The notes: a model not told the origin generated them from the letters alone. Shown: positions 12,092-25,199, counted from the stretch's first letter. The stretch is DNA of 64,000 bases from Malacoraja senta (GCA_038087875.1 CM075988.1:8372001-8436000), one strand, 5' to 3'. Made by a program: numbers and translations.

Positions 12092-12270
12092 TGGTTTAGT
12101 TTAGTTTAGATATACACCATGTAAACAGGCCCTTCAGCCCACCAAGTCCATGCTGGCCAACGATCACCGGTACACAAGTGCTCTGTTAACCCAGTTTCGC
12201 ATCTGACATACCAGGGACAATGTACAGTAGCCAATTAACCTACAAACCTGCACGTCTTTGGAATGTGGTG
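12092..12270 (-). mobile_element. V-SINE 3' half
   Basis: (gttta)n tail, aacaggcccttcagccc, caattaacctacaaacc. Confidence 0.85.
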
Positions 12271-12339
12271 CAAGATTAAATTCTATATGGAATACTCAGA
12301 TCTTATTTATGGCAGAAGAGAGAACAGGAGAGTTATGAC

Positions 12340-12716
12340 ATAGGACATGGTACTGCTGTAAATGGTGTGGGGGAACATCTTGGGAAATGATTACCAGCAT
12401 ACAGGGAAAACATTGAAGAAGATGCTCCTCGCCCTTTTGAAGAAGAACCTCTGGGCCATGAACAATTGTAGTGGAGAAGGAGCATTCAGAATGGTATTGA
12501 GGAACACAAGCCACGCATCAGTGCCCCACCAAAGCCCTGGGTATGCAGCAGAAGGATTCTACCTCCTCATTAACTAGTTACCTACTCGTTGCCGTTGGCA
12601 CGTAGAAGAGTGTGCAGATCCCAGTTGACCTCATCAGCCACTTCAAAACCCACAAAACTAGAGTAAAGGGAAGTAATCCTCTCTCAGGAGGGACTGCCTA
12701 AGAAGAAAGAAGAAAG
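12340..12716 (+). mobile_element. Decayed RTE-clade LINE 3' end
   Basis: gacctcatcagccacttcaaaacccac (resembles the GLxSHxxTH zinc-knuckle end), followed by gagggactgcctaagaagaaagaagaa tail. Confidence 0.55.
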
Positions 12717-13091
12717 ATGAACACTGTGAATTGGGTACATATGTGCATAATTCCTTGAGAGCGGTAGGACGTGTTCAGAAAGAGATCAGTAAAGCTTGTA
12801 AGACACTAGGAATGTCCCAGAAGGTTTGAGAAATAAGAATAAAAAAGAAGTAAGGTTATAGTTGCAACATTTATGAATATTTTATCACTGCTGGGCCAAT
12901 TCTGGTCACGATACTTTTTGAAGGAAGGGGAGGGCGCAGGAGAGATTTACTGGATTAGGTCGAAGAACAAGGAATTTCAGCTGCAATGTTGGCAGGGAAA
13001 TTGGAATTCTTCTCCGTGGAGCAAAGTGTTTGTGAAAAGATTTGACAAAGGTGTAGTTCGCGGCAAGTGTCTTAACGATAGAAATTTCCCA

Positions 13092-13180
13092 AGACAGACA
13101 CACAAGACAGACACATCAGGTCGGGCAGCATCTCTGGAGAAAAAGAATAGGTGACATTTCAGGTTGGAACCCTTCTGCAC
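13092..13180 (-). mobile_element. PLE 3'-end copy, decayed
   Basis: ggcagcatctctggagaaaaagaataggtgacatttcagg. Confidence 0.75.
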
Positions 13181-13484
13181 AAATTTCCATGAGTGGATAA
13201 TGAATAGAACAGAGACCAAACATTCAAAATGTTGGGAAACAACGCAAGAACGTACAAAGAATGTACTTAGTTATGCTGAGTGATTATGATCGGGGACTCA
13301 CTGACTATATGGGATGTGGAAACAGTGCCCATCAGGATTTTCCAAAGGGACAGAGACCAGTCTATAAAGAAAAAATGAGGAATAAGAACCTTCAGGGAAT
13401 AATGGGAGAATGGAGTTGCATTTTTGTAAGGAACCAGCATCATGAGAATGGATCATGAGGCCTACTTCCCAAAGATTTTCGCTT

Positions 13485-13772
13485 TAATTTTAGACATACA
13501 GCATGGAAACAGGCCCTTTGGCCCACCGAGTCTTTACCGACCAATGATCACCTGAACACTAGTTCTATCCCACGCACTAGGGTAAATTTACGGAAGCAAA
13601 CCCACAAACCTGCACCCCTTTGGAATGTGGGAGGAAACTAGAGCACCCAGAAAACTTAAGCAGTCACAGGAAGAATGTACGAGCTCCACACAGACGGCAC
13701 CTGGGGTCAGGATCAAACCCAGATGTTTGGCACTGTAAAGCAGCAGCTCTACCACTGTGCCACTGTGCCACC
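13485..13772 (-). mobile_element. V-SINE, full length
   Basis: Tail, V-domain and tRNA head all visible. Confidence 0.85.
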
Positions 13773-14394
13773 TTTTTCATTCTGTTATTTGAAAAGAAAG
13801 GAATCTCCAGCAGAGATCTCGCCAATCTTATTCCTTCAGGCAGCACAACCAAAACAGATTATCTGAGTTATTCTGTTTGTGTGACCTAGTTTTGCAAATT
13901 GGTCAATAACTCTAACATCATTACAAATACTGTACGCATCAAAACCATTGGCAGCAGAGACATCTTAGATTAAAGAAGCCCCTTGTAAATGTAAATGTAT
14001 TTTTCACCGGTTTATATCCAAATTCACTGAGGCAAGTGATTATTTTTCACTCTGCTCAATAAACAAATGTAATGCCAGGAGCAAATTTATCGCAGGTGCT
14101 TTGCAAAGTAGAAATGGCTTAAAATATGTGCATAAGAAAAGGTTTATGAAAGCATATAGATATGTGTGAGCGTCTTAATGAAAACCTGTGCACATGGATG
14201 TGAAAGTTTGGCCGACAGAGTCTATTTTCATTGCCTTCTTGCCCAAACCTCTCACCCATCGTTCCCCCATATTGTGCCCCATCAATGTCCTTTACTTATT
14301 CCCACGCAGACTGTCCCATCTCCAGCTCCCTGTGATGGAGTGGTAATATTTTCTACCACATACAAATAAAACGAAATGAAACTTCAATCGGGCA

Positions 14395-14550
14395 ATTATT
14401 GGCATCATTGGTGCTGTTGCTGTCACTGTTGATGTTGTTGTTGTTGTTGTTGTTGAACCACTGTTGTGTTTATAATGTATTATTATTTGTATGATCATAA
14501 TCAGAGTCAGCTTCAATGCTTTTATTGTCGCTGTTAACGCTGTTGGCACA
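14395..14550. repeat. (GTT)n/(GYT)n low-complexity tract
   Basis: gttgttgttgttgttgttgttg core with degenerate flanks. Confidence 0.85.
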
Positions 14551-14847
14551 GCTAAACTTGTTGAGTTTATAGTTTAGTTTAGTCTAGAGATACAGCGTGG
14601 AAACAGGCCCTTCGGCCCACCGAGTCCACACTTACCTTCGACAGCCCATTTACAATAATCCTACACGAGTCTAATCCGACTTTATTCTCTATATATTGCC
14701 ATTAATTCATCCCAAATTCTACAGCTCACCTACACACTAAGGGCAATTTACTGCAGCCTACCAGCGATCCCTGTACACTAACGCTATCCTACACACACTA
14801 CGGACAATTTACAATTTCACTGAAGCCTATTATCCTAAAAATTTACA

Positions 14848-15197
14848 GGTATGAATATTGATTTCTCTAACGCCAAGTAACCCCGGCATTCCCTCTCTCT
14901 CTCTCTCCATCCCTCCTCCACCCAAGTCGCACTCGCTTCTCGTTTTCACCCAACTAACAGCTAACAATGGCCGATTTCCTTTATCATCGTGACTTTTTTG
15001 CATATCTTTCATTCATTGTTCTTTATCTCTCTATATCATCATCTATATCTCTCGTTTCCCTTTCCCCTGACTAGTCTGAAGAAGGGTTTCGACCCAAAAC
15101 GTCACCCATTACTTCTCTCCAGAGATGCTGCCTGCCCCGCTGAGTTACTCCAGCTTTTTGTGCCTATCTTCGGTTTAAACCAGCATTTGCAGTTCCA
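14848..15197 (+). mobile_element. PLE ORF end + 3' UTR + hammerhead + tail
   Basis: ggtatgaatattgatttctctaacgccaagtaa = GMNIDFSNAK*, like the C-terminus of PLE GIY-YIG ORFs; pyrimidine-rich UTR; ctgaagaagggtttcgacccaaaacgtcacc at ~15076. Confidence 0.85.
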
Positions 15198-15332
15198 ACC
15201 TACAAACATGTACGTCTTTAGAGTGTGAGAAGAAACCGGAGGATCCTGGAGAAAACCCATGCAGGTCACGGGGAGAACGTACAAAATCCAACACCTGTGG
15301 TCAGGATCGAACTCGGGTCTCTGGCGCTGTTA

Positions 15333-15932
15333 AGGGGCTGTCCCACTGCGGCGGCCTAATCCGCGAGTTCAGAAGAGTTTGCCCTCGACTTAAACTCGCA
15401 GCATGGTTGACACGAGGTCCTCGGAGGTCTTTGTAACTCTCCTTCATGCTTGAGAGTAGTCTCCCCCGTACTCGAGGCCTCAGCTAGGTCGCGGCGTATT
15501 TTTCAACATGCTGAAAAATGCCCACGAGTAAAAAAAGGTTGCCATGGAAAAAAATCGATATTTTATTTTTACTCGTAGGTTTAGTCGAAGTAGGTCGTAA
15601 TAGATCTTGGTAGGTCGGCATGTTATTCGTAGGTAATCGAAGGTCGTCAAAGGTAATCGAAGGTAGTCGAAGGTAGTCGTAGATAGTCTTGAACATAGTC
15701 GAAGGGAGGTCGAAGGAGATTGAAGGAGGTCGTCTTCACTCTCCACTATTCGGTGTCCAATTTTCCTGAAGCTAGTCTTCAACATAGTCGAAGCAGGTCA
15801 AAGGAAGTCTTCTACATAGTCGAAGGAGGTCTTCAATATGACACTTTTTCAAACTCTCCTAAACTCTTCTAAACTTGCCAATTAGTGGGACAGGTCCTTA
15901 AGGCAGCAACACGCCGCAGTGGGACAGGCCCT
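15333..15932. mobile_element. MITE, PIF/Harbinger-like, inserted in a V-SINE head
   Basis: aggggctgtcccactgcggcg / cgccgcagtgggacaggccct; flanks TTA/TAA; interior ~10-bp ggtagtcgaa repeats. Confidence 0.85.
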
Positions 15933-15954
15933 TAAGGCAGCAACACTACCCCAT

Positions 15955-16700
15955 GTTTGTTGCTGGTATACGTTGATGCTGTTACACTTTTTGCTGTTGC
16001 ATTGTTAAAAGCTTCTGTTGTTGTTGCTGAGGCCACATTGCTACTGTTATTGCTGCTTACATATTACCGCTGATATATCCTGTTGCTACTGTGGGTCCTG
16101 TTGATAGCTCTTGTTGCTGGAGCATTGCTGCAGTGTTCTGGTACATATTCAGTTGTTCCTACTGTTTTACATTCTGTTGCCGAGTCTGCTCTACATTTTT
16201 TATTTGGTGCTTCTCTTGTGCCAGTTATATTTCCTCCTGTTGCTACTTTTCAAATTTCTGTCATTGAAACTAAAGTTATAATATTGTCGTGCCTTCTGGT
16301 GTACTTTCTGATCTTGCTGTTTGTTACTGTGATGCAGTTGCTGCTGTTGCTGCTGTTGCCGCTGCTGTAACTTTGGTCAATGTTACTGTTGCTGTGCTAC
16401 ACTATCTTTTGTTGTTACTATTGCTCTGTACACCTGTTGTTGCGACTGTTGTCATGTACATCTGTAATCACGACTGTTGCTGTGAACTCCTGTAGTTACT
16501 CCTGTTGCTGTGAACTCCTGTAGTTACTACTGTTGCTGTATGCACTGTAGTTATTGCTGTGAACACATGCAGTTACTACCATTGCTGTATACATTGTAGT
16601 TACTACTGTAGCCATGTACACTGTAGTTACTACTGTTGCTGTCAACATATATAGTTACTACTGTTGCTATGAATGCCTGTTATTACTATTGTTGCCAGAG
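15955..16700. repeat. (GYT)n low-complexity tract grading into a ~28-bp minisatellite
   Basis: ctgttgctgtgaactcctgtagttact(c/a) units starting at 16474, 16502 and 16530, then decaying. Confidence 0.85.
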
Positions 16701-16707
16701 ACAACTT

Positions 16708-17048
16708 TTGGAAACAAGCCCTTTGACCCACCAAATCCACACTTACCATCAACAGCTCATTTACACTAATCCTACACAAATCTAATCTAACTGTATTCTC
16801 TCCCTACTGTCATTAATTCTCCTCAAATTTTACAACTCACCTACACACTAGGGGCAATTTACTGCAGCCAATTCATCTCCAAACTCACCAATCTTTGGAA
16901 TGTGTGGGTAACTGGAGCATCCCACCGGAAGGAAACGGTCACAGGGGGAACGTGCAAACTCCACACAGAGAGCATCCGAGTGCAGCATTGAACCTGGGTC
17001 TCTGGCGCTGTGAGGCAGCAGCTCTACCACCCGCGCCTCTGTGCCACA
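16708..17048 (-). mobile_element. V-SINE, long-tail variant
   Basis: V-domain and head present; extended tail shared with 14600-14758. Confidence 0.85.
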
Positions 17049-17130
17049 CTCATATCGCTGTGATTGTTGCTGCTGCAATACAGTCAATTGCTCCTATTCC
17101 ATTATTTCCATAATTAGCCTTATTGTTACA

Positions 17131-17361
17131 TGCAGGAAAGAACTGCAGATGCTGGTTTAAAACGAAGATAGACACAAAATGCTGGAAATAGACACAAAAT
17201 GCTGGAGTAACTCAGCGGGACAGGCATGGGTGGAATGGGTGACGTTTCGGGTCGAGATCCTTCTTCAGACTGAAGAAGGGTCTCGGCCTAAAACGTTACT
17301 CATTCCTTCTCTCCAGAGATGCTGCTTGTCCCGATGAGTTACTCCAACATTTTGTGTCTAA
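17131..17361. mobile_element. PLE fold-back with two back-to-back hammerhead cores and 12-bp TSD
   Basis: gtgacgtttcgggtcgagatccttcttcagactgaagaagggtctcggcctaaaacgttac; ccttattg(t/c)tac at 17118-17129 and 17362-17373. Confidence 0.9.
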
Positions 17362-18274
17362 CCTTATTGCTACTCCTGGTATGTTTCTGTTTCCTTCAAT
17401 TATACCTCCATTCTCTTTGCAATGTTTACACCTGCTGTTGCTACCACTGCCCCTTCCATTGTTGCAGTGTGTCTGATGTTACACCTTTGTTTCATCTGAG
17501 GATACAATGGAGTTATCACTCAGAACTGGGGCTCCCGGCCTGAATCATTAGTACTGGACTAGGTAAGGCATTGTACCATTGAGAGGTTGCAGGATGCCAC
17601 AAACAAGATCTGTAAGCACTCCCCAGAATAGTCCCATTAACATAATGAAAGTATCGCTGTATTAGGACATGCTGTAAGGCAGTGGGAATGTGACAGGCTT
17701 GTCACATACTCTTAAACTATTATTCAACACTGAGGGTTTTGTTTTACATTGTGGCTTTCATGACATCATTATGGCATACCATGCCAGATGCGGTAATCTT
17801 TAATGGATCAAGTTACAGTCAAGCTGAATCTTGATAAATGTTCCATTACATTGTCAAGTATTTTTCCTGACTCTTGTTATAGTTGGATTTAAATTTCTGC
17901 GGGACTGAAGAAACAAATCAACCATCTGTGACATCTATAAGTCAGCATATTGAATCATTTACTCTGCAACCAAATCTCAATTGTATCAAAGGAAAACACT
18001 CCACTGGGGCACTGATTTGGGAGTCAAAGTGATTCCAGTCTCCACGATCTGTCTCATCTCTCATCCTCAGGAATTTTCCGTTTGCTCTATAGAGTGGCGC
18101 TGTGATCCTGGGCTTATTCAAAAACTGGTTTGCATTGGAATTTCACAAATCTTTTTTGTGTTTGCCTCATGTTGTCTGTGAGGTAAACCATTAGAGAAAT
18201 TAAGGGGGAAAGCATATGCAGATTGTTTAAAGTGGAGTGAATACTGCCTGTTGTTTCGAGCATAAATCCTAGAA

Positions 18275-18687
<413 letters not shown>

Positions 18688-19427
18688 CATTTACTTGAGA
18701 AGGCTAACAAAATAAAAATTAAAAACGCCTCCTTTTCTCCTGAACTGCAGGTGTGGACAGATCCCAGCTATTGAACACAAAGTGCACCGCCATACAACAG
18801 CTCATGTAATATTCATCGCCCCATTGATTCACTGCTTAATTTTGCTGGGAATCAACAGAAGAGAAAAAGTCAATGTTGTGACAACAGTACCAAAGCAAAG
18901 AAAAGGTATGATTTCACCTTTGAATTATTGAACTGCCCACAGGCGACAATGAAAATAAAAAAATGACGGGAAATCAAATAAAAATCATTCAGTACCAAAC
19001 ATGAGGTAATGCATACAAGATTTAAATACATAATGTAACACGTTCCTCATCTGCAACTTCAGCCCCTGTGACCTTGAAAGGCTTTTTGAAGGGTGCCGAA
19101 TTAATATTTTATTCAGGCGCTTCATGTGGGGGATTTACCAGCCTGTGAATGCTCTCTAGATCAGATCGATTCAGCAGAGAGAGGCTTTCTTTGGTCATAA
19201 TTAGTATATATAAAAAAAAGAGACTTTGCCTGTTATGAGGGGAATAAAGCAGCAGTGAGTGTGTTTAATGATGTCTGCGAGATAAGGTCATGGGTCATTG
19301 TTTCGGCTCATGAGGCTGACATCAGGTTTTAGTTAGTTTAAAGAGAAACAAAAGCCACTGGGGGCCTGGCAGAAGAGGCAACAATGCAACCCCTGTGGTA
19401 CATGCTGGAGCACTGACTACGGATAAG

Positions 19428-19670
19428 ATGGTACGGTCACAGTGCCGCAGCGGTAGAGTTGCTGCCTCACAGCGAATGCAGCGCCAGAGACCCGGGTTCG
19501 ATCCTGACTATGGATGCTGTCTGTACCGTTCTCCTCGTGATCTGCGTGAGTTTTCTTTGAGATCTTCGGTTTCCTCCCACACTCCAAACACGAACAGGTT
19601 TGTAGGTTAATTGGCTTGATAAATGTAAAAAATCGTCCCTAGTGGGTGTAGGATAGTGTTGATAGTGTTA
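19428..19670 (+). mobile_element. V-SINE (subfamily with 9-bp head insertion)
   Basis: gcctcacagcgaatgcagcgccagagacccgggttcgatcc. Confidence 0.85.
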
Positions 19671-20299
19671 AAGCAGATAGAAGATCAACTTCAAAATTAA
19701 AGTGGTAGAGAGTGCTAGTGTCATCTGACGAATCTCAGGGCAGATGACCAACATGGTGAGAAATATCTTTGGGGCAGGTTTACAAACCGTGCTTCTTTTT
19801 CCACCTTCTTTCTCCTTTGATTAGATTATTCAGCTTTCATTTCAAAATTACTTTTTCTTCTGGTGCACACCAAGCATATTATAGCATAATGTAACCCGAC
19901 AGAGTCACTGTGTGATATGCACACTAAGTATACAAGATTAGGAGATTACTCAACTGACCACATTATTATATAATATAAACATAATGATCCAGTTAACATT
20001 TAGAGAATACCATTATATTACACAATATTATACAGCCTGTATGGTGAAAATGTTCTGTTACTCAATATACATATTTTACTACAAAATCCAACAGTATATT
20101 AAATCGTATATCAGAATCACCTTATATTGTGTAATGAGCATGTTGTATGATATACAATTCCTGTTTTTCTATATTATCTATTTAATCAGAGCCATTACAG
20201 TACAGAAGAAAGCAATTTGACTATTTGCATCTATATTAGATATGTTGATTTGATCAATAATATATACACCAGTATACATGAGGCAATACCATCTGCTTA

Positions 20300-20602
20300 T
20301 TTAGTTTAGTTTAATTTAGTTTAGATATACAGCGTGGAAATAGGCCGTTTGGCCCACCGAGTCCACACCGACCTGCAAATACCCATACACTAGGTCCATC
20401 CTACACACCAGGGACACCTTACGAAGCCAATTAACCGACAAATCTGCACGTCTTTGGAATGAGGGAGGAAACTGGAGCACCCGGAAAAATCCCACGGGTC
20501 ACATGATAACATTCAAACTCAGTACAGACGGCATCCGTTGTCAGGATTGAACCCGGGTATCTGGCGCCGTAAGGCGTTAACTCTGCCGCTGCGCCACTGT
20601 GT
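20300..20602 (-). mobile_element. V-SINE, full length
   Basis: (gttta)n tail, V-domain, head. Confidence 0.9.
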
Positions 20603-21269
20603 TTTTGTAAAGGGTATAATATTCAATGGGGATTCTAGCTCACAGCCAGAAATCATAAACTCATTGCTTAAGATTTACTAACTATTCAGCTATTTGGAAA
20701 ATTTGCCCTGAAAGCTGAGTGTGGCCATAAGGTCATGTGATAGGAGCAGAATTAGGCCATTTGGCCCTTCGAATCTGCTCTGCAATTCAATCATGGCTGA
20801 TCTATCTCTCCCTGATGGTGGAGCAGGGGTGGAGGGGGTGGATGATGGAGGGGGGGGGGGGGTTGGGGGGGTCAGGAAGCAGGGCCTCAGGCTAGTGACA
20901 GGGATGTGCTCAGGTTTGGACAGATTTGTGGTGGGTGTTCAAGCATTTCTTATGCAAGGGAAATAGTATCGATGTGCGCCGAGGCTCTGTATGTGGGTGT
21001 GGCAGAGATGGGAATGAGAACAATTACTGTGGATTGAAAGGATTGATTACAGGGAGTTTTTGTTGGATTAAAGAGCAGATGTTTTTGTGGGTAGAATGCC
21101 ATTAGTTTCTAGTTATTTCTGCCGGGGGGCATTGTGTGGGAGCTTTGGGTGGAGCATTATTTTGATTATTGGAAGGGGCTGTCATCGTGACAAAGGCATG
21201 CTGCTGTAAGGTTAGGGAGACTAAACAAGAAAATGACATGCCTATCGACCCCTCCCTCACCTGCACCAG

Positions 21270-21800
21270 GCTTTGTCCTGCCCCTCCTCCTTGCCAACTT
21301 TCTCCCCAGCCCCCCCACCCCCCCCCCCCCCACCTCCTCTCCTTGCCCAACCACAATCCATCTGAAGAAGGGTCCTGGCATAATGGTGCAGCGGTAGAGT
21401 TGCTGCCTTCCAGTGCCAGAGAACTGGGTTTGATGCTGACTAGGAGTGTTGTCTGTATGGAGTTTGTACGTTCTCCCTGTGACCGTATGGGTTTTCTCCA
21501 GGTGCTCAGGCTTCCTCCCACATTCCAAAGACGTGCAGGTTTGTATGTTAATTGGTTTCTGTAAATTGCCCCTAGTGTGTGGGAAGCGAAACTGGGGTAA
21601 CATAGAACTAGTGTATAGGTGATCGATGGTCAGCGTGGACTCAATCAGCCAAAGGGCTTGTTTGCCACACTATATTACTAAACTAAACAAAACCCGAAGC
21701 TTCACCTATCCATCTTCTCCAGAGATGCTGCCTGGTCCGCTGAGTTATTACAGCACTTTGTGTCTTTTTTGTAACCAGCATCTGCAGCTTCTTGTTTCTC
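21270..21800 (+). mobile_element. PLE 3' end whose hammerhead is split by a V-SINE (21376-21691)
   Basis: ctgaagaagggtcct | SINE | acccgaagcttcacctatcc...ccagcatctgcag. Confidence 0.85.
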
Positions 21801-21825
21801 CAGGAACACAATCTTTCTGGATGCT

Positions 21826-22155
21826 TTAGTTTAGTTCCCTGGATGTTTAGTTTATTGTCATGTGGACCGAGGTACAGTGAAAAGCTTTTGTTACGTGATA
21901 ACCAGTCAGCGGAAAGACAATATACGATTACCATCGAGCCATCCACAGTATAGACGCATGATAATGGGAACAACGTTTAGTGCAAGGTAAGGTTCAGTAA
22001 AGCCTGATTAAAGAGAGTCCAATGGTCTCCAATGAGGTAGATAGTAGCTCAGGACTGCTCTCTACCTGTTGGTAGGATGGTTCAGCTGCCTGATATGAGC
22101 TGGGAAGAAACTGTCCCTGAATCTGGAGGTGTGCGTTTTCACACTTCTGTACCTC
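21826..22155 (-). mobile_element. Rex1/Babar-type LINE 3' end
   Basis: tttagtttattgtcatgtggaccgaggtacagtgaaaagc tail; gggaagaaactgtccctgaatctggaggtgtgcg (RTSRFRDSFFP on minus strand). Confidence 0.8.
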
Positions 22156-22569
22156 ATGGTGCTGGCATCATCTCGGAACAATAAACCTTTCTCTGATCAT
22201 TTGCTCTTTGATAAATTTATAAACCTGAGCAGAGAGCTGTTGATTGTAAATTATGCTAAAGGCTGTAACAACAGCAGTAGATGTGATGCATGGGCCGTGA
22301 TGGATGTCCTCCATATGTACATCTGTTGCTGCTGCAGCAACATCTGGCTAAGATCCAAACACTCTTCCTCTGCCCAATGTGCTTGTCGAGTACCTGCTCC
22401 GGTATCCTATTGCCTTAGAGTCGCTAAGAGGATACACAATGGCCAGTAACATGATCTGGACATAACCCTTGCAACATTCAGCCTACATGACCTCTGGTTT
22501 TAATCCTTTTACTATCCACCAGCATCTGGAAGTTGACGAACATTAGAATGTTTTATCTTGTTAAGTACT

Positions 22570-22820
22570 GGGCAGCACAGTGGCAGAGTGGTAGTGTTGC
22601 TGCCTTACAGCGCCAGAGACCTGGGTTCGATCTTGACTACGGGTGCTATCTGTACAGTTTTCTCCGGGTGCTCCGGTTTCCTGTCAACACTCCAAAGACG
22701 TACAGGTTTGTAGGTTAATTGGCTTCTGTCAATTGTCCCTTGTGTGCAAGTTAGCGCTAGTGTACGGGGTGATTGTTGGTCGGTGCGGACTAAATGCTGT
22801 ATCTCTAAATTAAAATAAAA
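22570..22820 (+). mobile_element. V-SINE with internal deletion
   Basis: Head, partial V-domain, tail. Confidence 0.85.
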
Positions 22821-23025
22821 GTGTGAGTAGGATTAATTTTCAAATGTACATTTGGTGAGACCTGAAGATATACAAACCACATCTCACACAAACAAAGTGG
22901 AAAGATGAGGAATAGTGAAACTCTTTCAGGTCACAAAATAACCCACGCTATCCAAAAGTATGGCAATGCTGGAGCCCAGTCTATAAGAACACTATAGAGC
23001 AGAGCACAGCACGCCATGTGCAGCT

Positions 23026-23193
23026 CCCAGTGTGTCAAAAGCATCGTAACTCAGAGTGTAACAGAATCCGTGTAATCACCGTACGACAGAGCCATTGCTG
23101 ACCAGAGCATGACAGCATTGTTGGGGACCAGTGTATTTGCTATAACCAGTGCTTTACAGAACCATTGTAAACCAGAGTGTGACAGAACTATGG
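23026..23193. repeat. Degenerate ~26-bp minisatellite
   Basis: Units resembling ccagagtgtgacagagccattgtaa, about 6-7 copies. Confidence 0.55.
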
Positions 23194-23199
23194 CAGAGA

Positions 23200-23515
23200 T
23201 GGTGGCACATAGGCACAGCTGTAGAGTTTCTGCCTCACAGCACCAGAGACCCGGGTTTGATCCTGACTACGGGGGCTGTCTGTACATAGTTTGTACGTTC
23301 TCCCTGTGACCGCGTGGGTTTTCTCCGGGTGCTCCGGTTTTCTCCCACATTCCAAAGACGTACAGGTTTGTTAGTTAATTGGCTCCGGAATTTTTTTTTT
23401 AATTGTCCCAAGTGTGTAGGATAGTATTGGTGTATGGGGTGATCGCTAGTCAGCGTGGAATTGGTGGGCCGAAAGGCCTGGTTCTGTGCTGTATCTCCAA
23501 AATCTAAAGTCTAAC
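23200..23515 (+). mobile_element. V-SINE, full length
   Basis: Head, V-domain, tail. Confidence 0.9.
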
Positions 23516-23519
23516 ATTG

Positions 23520-24260
23520 ATTTGGTGACAGGCAGCAGATGGTCATTGTGGATGGGAGATTCTCTGGCTGAAAGTCTGTAACAAGTGGTGTATAATAGTG
23601 ATCACTGTTGGGACCTCAGTTCAGTTCAATTTAGTTTATTGTCACGTGCACCGAGGTGCAGTGAAAAGCTTTTGTCGCATGCTAACTGGTCAGCAGAAAG
23701 ACAATACATGAATACAATCAATCCACTTACAGTGTATAGATACATGATAAGGGAATAACGTTTAGTGCAAGGTAAAGCCAGCAAAGTCCGATCAGGATAG
23801 TCCGAGGGTCATCAAAGAGGTAGATAGCAGTTCAGCACTCTTGGTTGTGGTAGGATGATTCAGTTGCCTGATAACAGCTGGGAAGAAACTGTCCCTGAAT
23901 CTGGTGGTGTGCGTTTTCACGCTTCTTTTGTTTGTAATACGTAAAAGTGACGCATGAGAATGTGGGTGGTCTTATTAGTAGATTTGCAAACAACATGAAA
24001 ATTGGTTGACTCATAGATGATAACGAGGGCTGTGTAAGGATACAGAGGTACATGCACAAATAAAAACATTGGGCAGAGCGGCGGCGGATCAAATTTAATT
24101 CGGGCAAGTGTGAGGTGATACACTTTGAGAAGTCAGATTCTGGTGAGGACCAAAATTTTGGTACAGAGTAAATGCCAAGGACCTTTGGAACACTGATGTA
24201 CAGAGAGACCTTTTGGTGTGACCCTATAGCTCCCGGAAAGTGGCGGTGGAGGTGGATAGG
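23520..24260 (+). mobile_element. Old CR1 RT fragment interrupted by a minus-strand Rex1/Babar 3' end (23617-23925)
   Basis: acaagtggtgt...gttgggacc (SGV..LGP); agatttgcaaacaacatgaaaattgg (decayed FADDTKI); aagtgtgaggtgatacacttt (KCEVIHF). Confidence 0.7.
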
Positions 24261-24604
24261 GAAGGGAGTTTATCTGGGTCTATCATACCTGTTGTGATGG
24301 TGATACCATTCCTGAGATGCCCTCTTTCTTCCTTAACAAGGCCTTGCCTTGACCATAGTGGAAAGGCATTCACTGCACTTATTTCCTGTACTTCTGCCCT
24401 TGCCACCTTCCCAGTCAGACAAAGTAAAGGATTCTCTTTGATCATACCTTTCACCTCATTGTCCTCCACATTATATGGTTGATCCACCATGACTCCCACC
24501 AGCTTCAACAAGATTCCAGCATCATGCATCTTTTCTCTTCCCCTCTCATTTTCAACATCGTCATCATCCTGATTCACTTTTCCATCTCTACCAGCACACC
24601 CTTC

Positions 24605-25134
24605 AGTGCTTCTACACAGCGGCTGTAAAAAGCATCTTGTCCGGCAACATCACAAACTGGTTTGGGAACTGCTCTGCCCAGGACAAGAAGGCTCTGCAGA
24701 GAGTAGTGCGTTTGGCCGAACGCACTATGGGAACTACACTCTCCCCCCTGCAGGAACTATACATCAGAAGGTGCAGATCCAGAGCCAGCAACATTATGGG
24801 GGACCCCTTCCACCCCAGCAACGGACTGTTCCAGCTGCTACGGTCAGGCAAACGCCTCCGTTATCATACTGTGAAAACAGAGAGGATGAGACGGAGTTTC
24901 TTCCCACAGGCCATTAGGACTGTAAACTCTTATCTCACCAGGGACTCATTTACTGCACCAATTTACTGTTGTGTTGTGTCTTCTTAAAAATTGCTGTTTT
25001 TTTCTAATATGTAAATACCGATTCTGTTCTATTCTGTTCTGTAGTTTTTTCGCACAATCCGCAGGCATTGCCACTTTCATTTCACCGCACATCTTGTATA
25101 TGTGACAAATAAACCTGACTTGACTTGACTTGAC
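24605..25134 (+). mobile_element. Rex1/Babar LINE 3' end
   Basis: SGNITNWFGNCSAQDKKALQRVVR...HPSNGLFQLLRSGKR...SFFPQAIR; (gactt)n tail. Confidence 0.9.
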
Positions 25135-25199
25135 ACCCCTACTCGAGGCACTATCCCATACAACCACGGTGGAAACAGCACCTGCCCATTTACCGGTAG

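Larger units (their letters stand above)
14565..15955 (-). mobile_element. Composite V-SINE(s) hosting a PLE 3' end and a MITE
   Basis: SINE tails at 14570 and 14760; V-domain 15197-15330; head remainder ggcagcaacactacc after the MITE. Confidence 0.8.

Noticed and set aside
16083..16495. Hydrophobic, membrane-protein-like ORFs
   Set aside because: Arise from (GYT)n low-complexity sequence.
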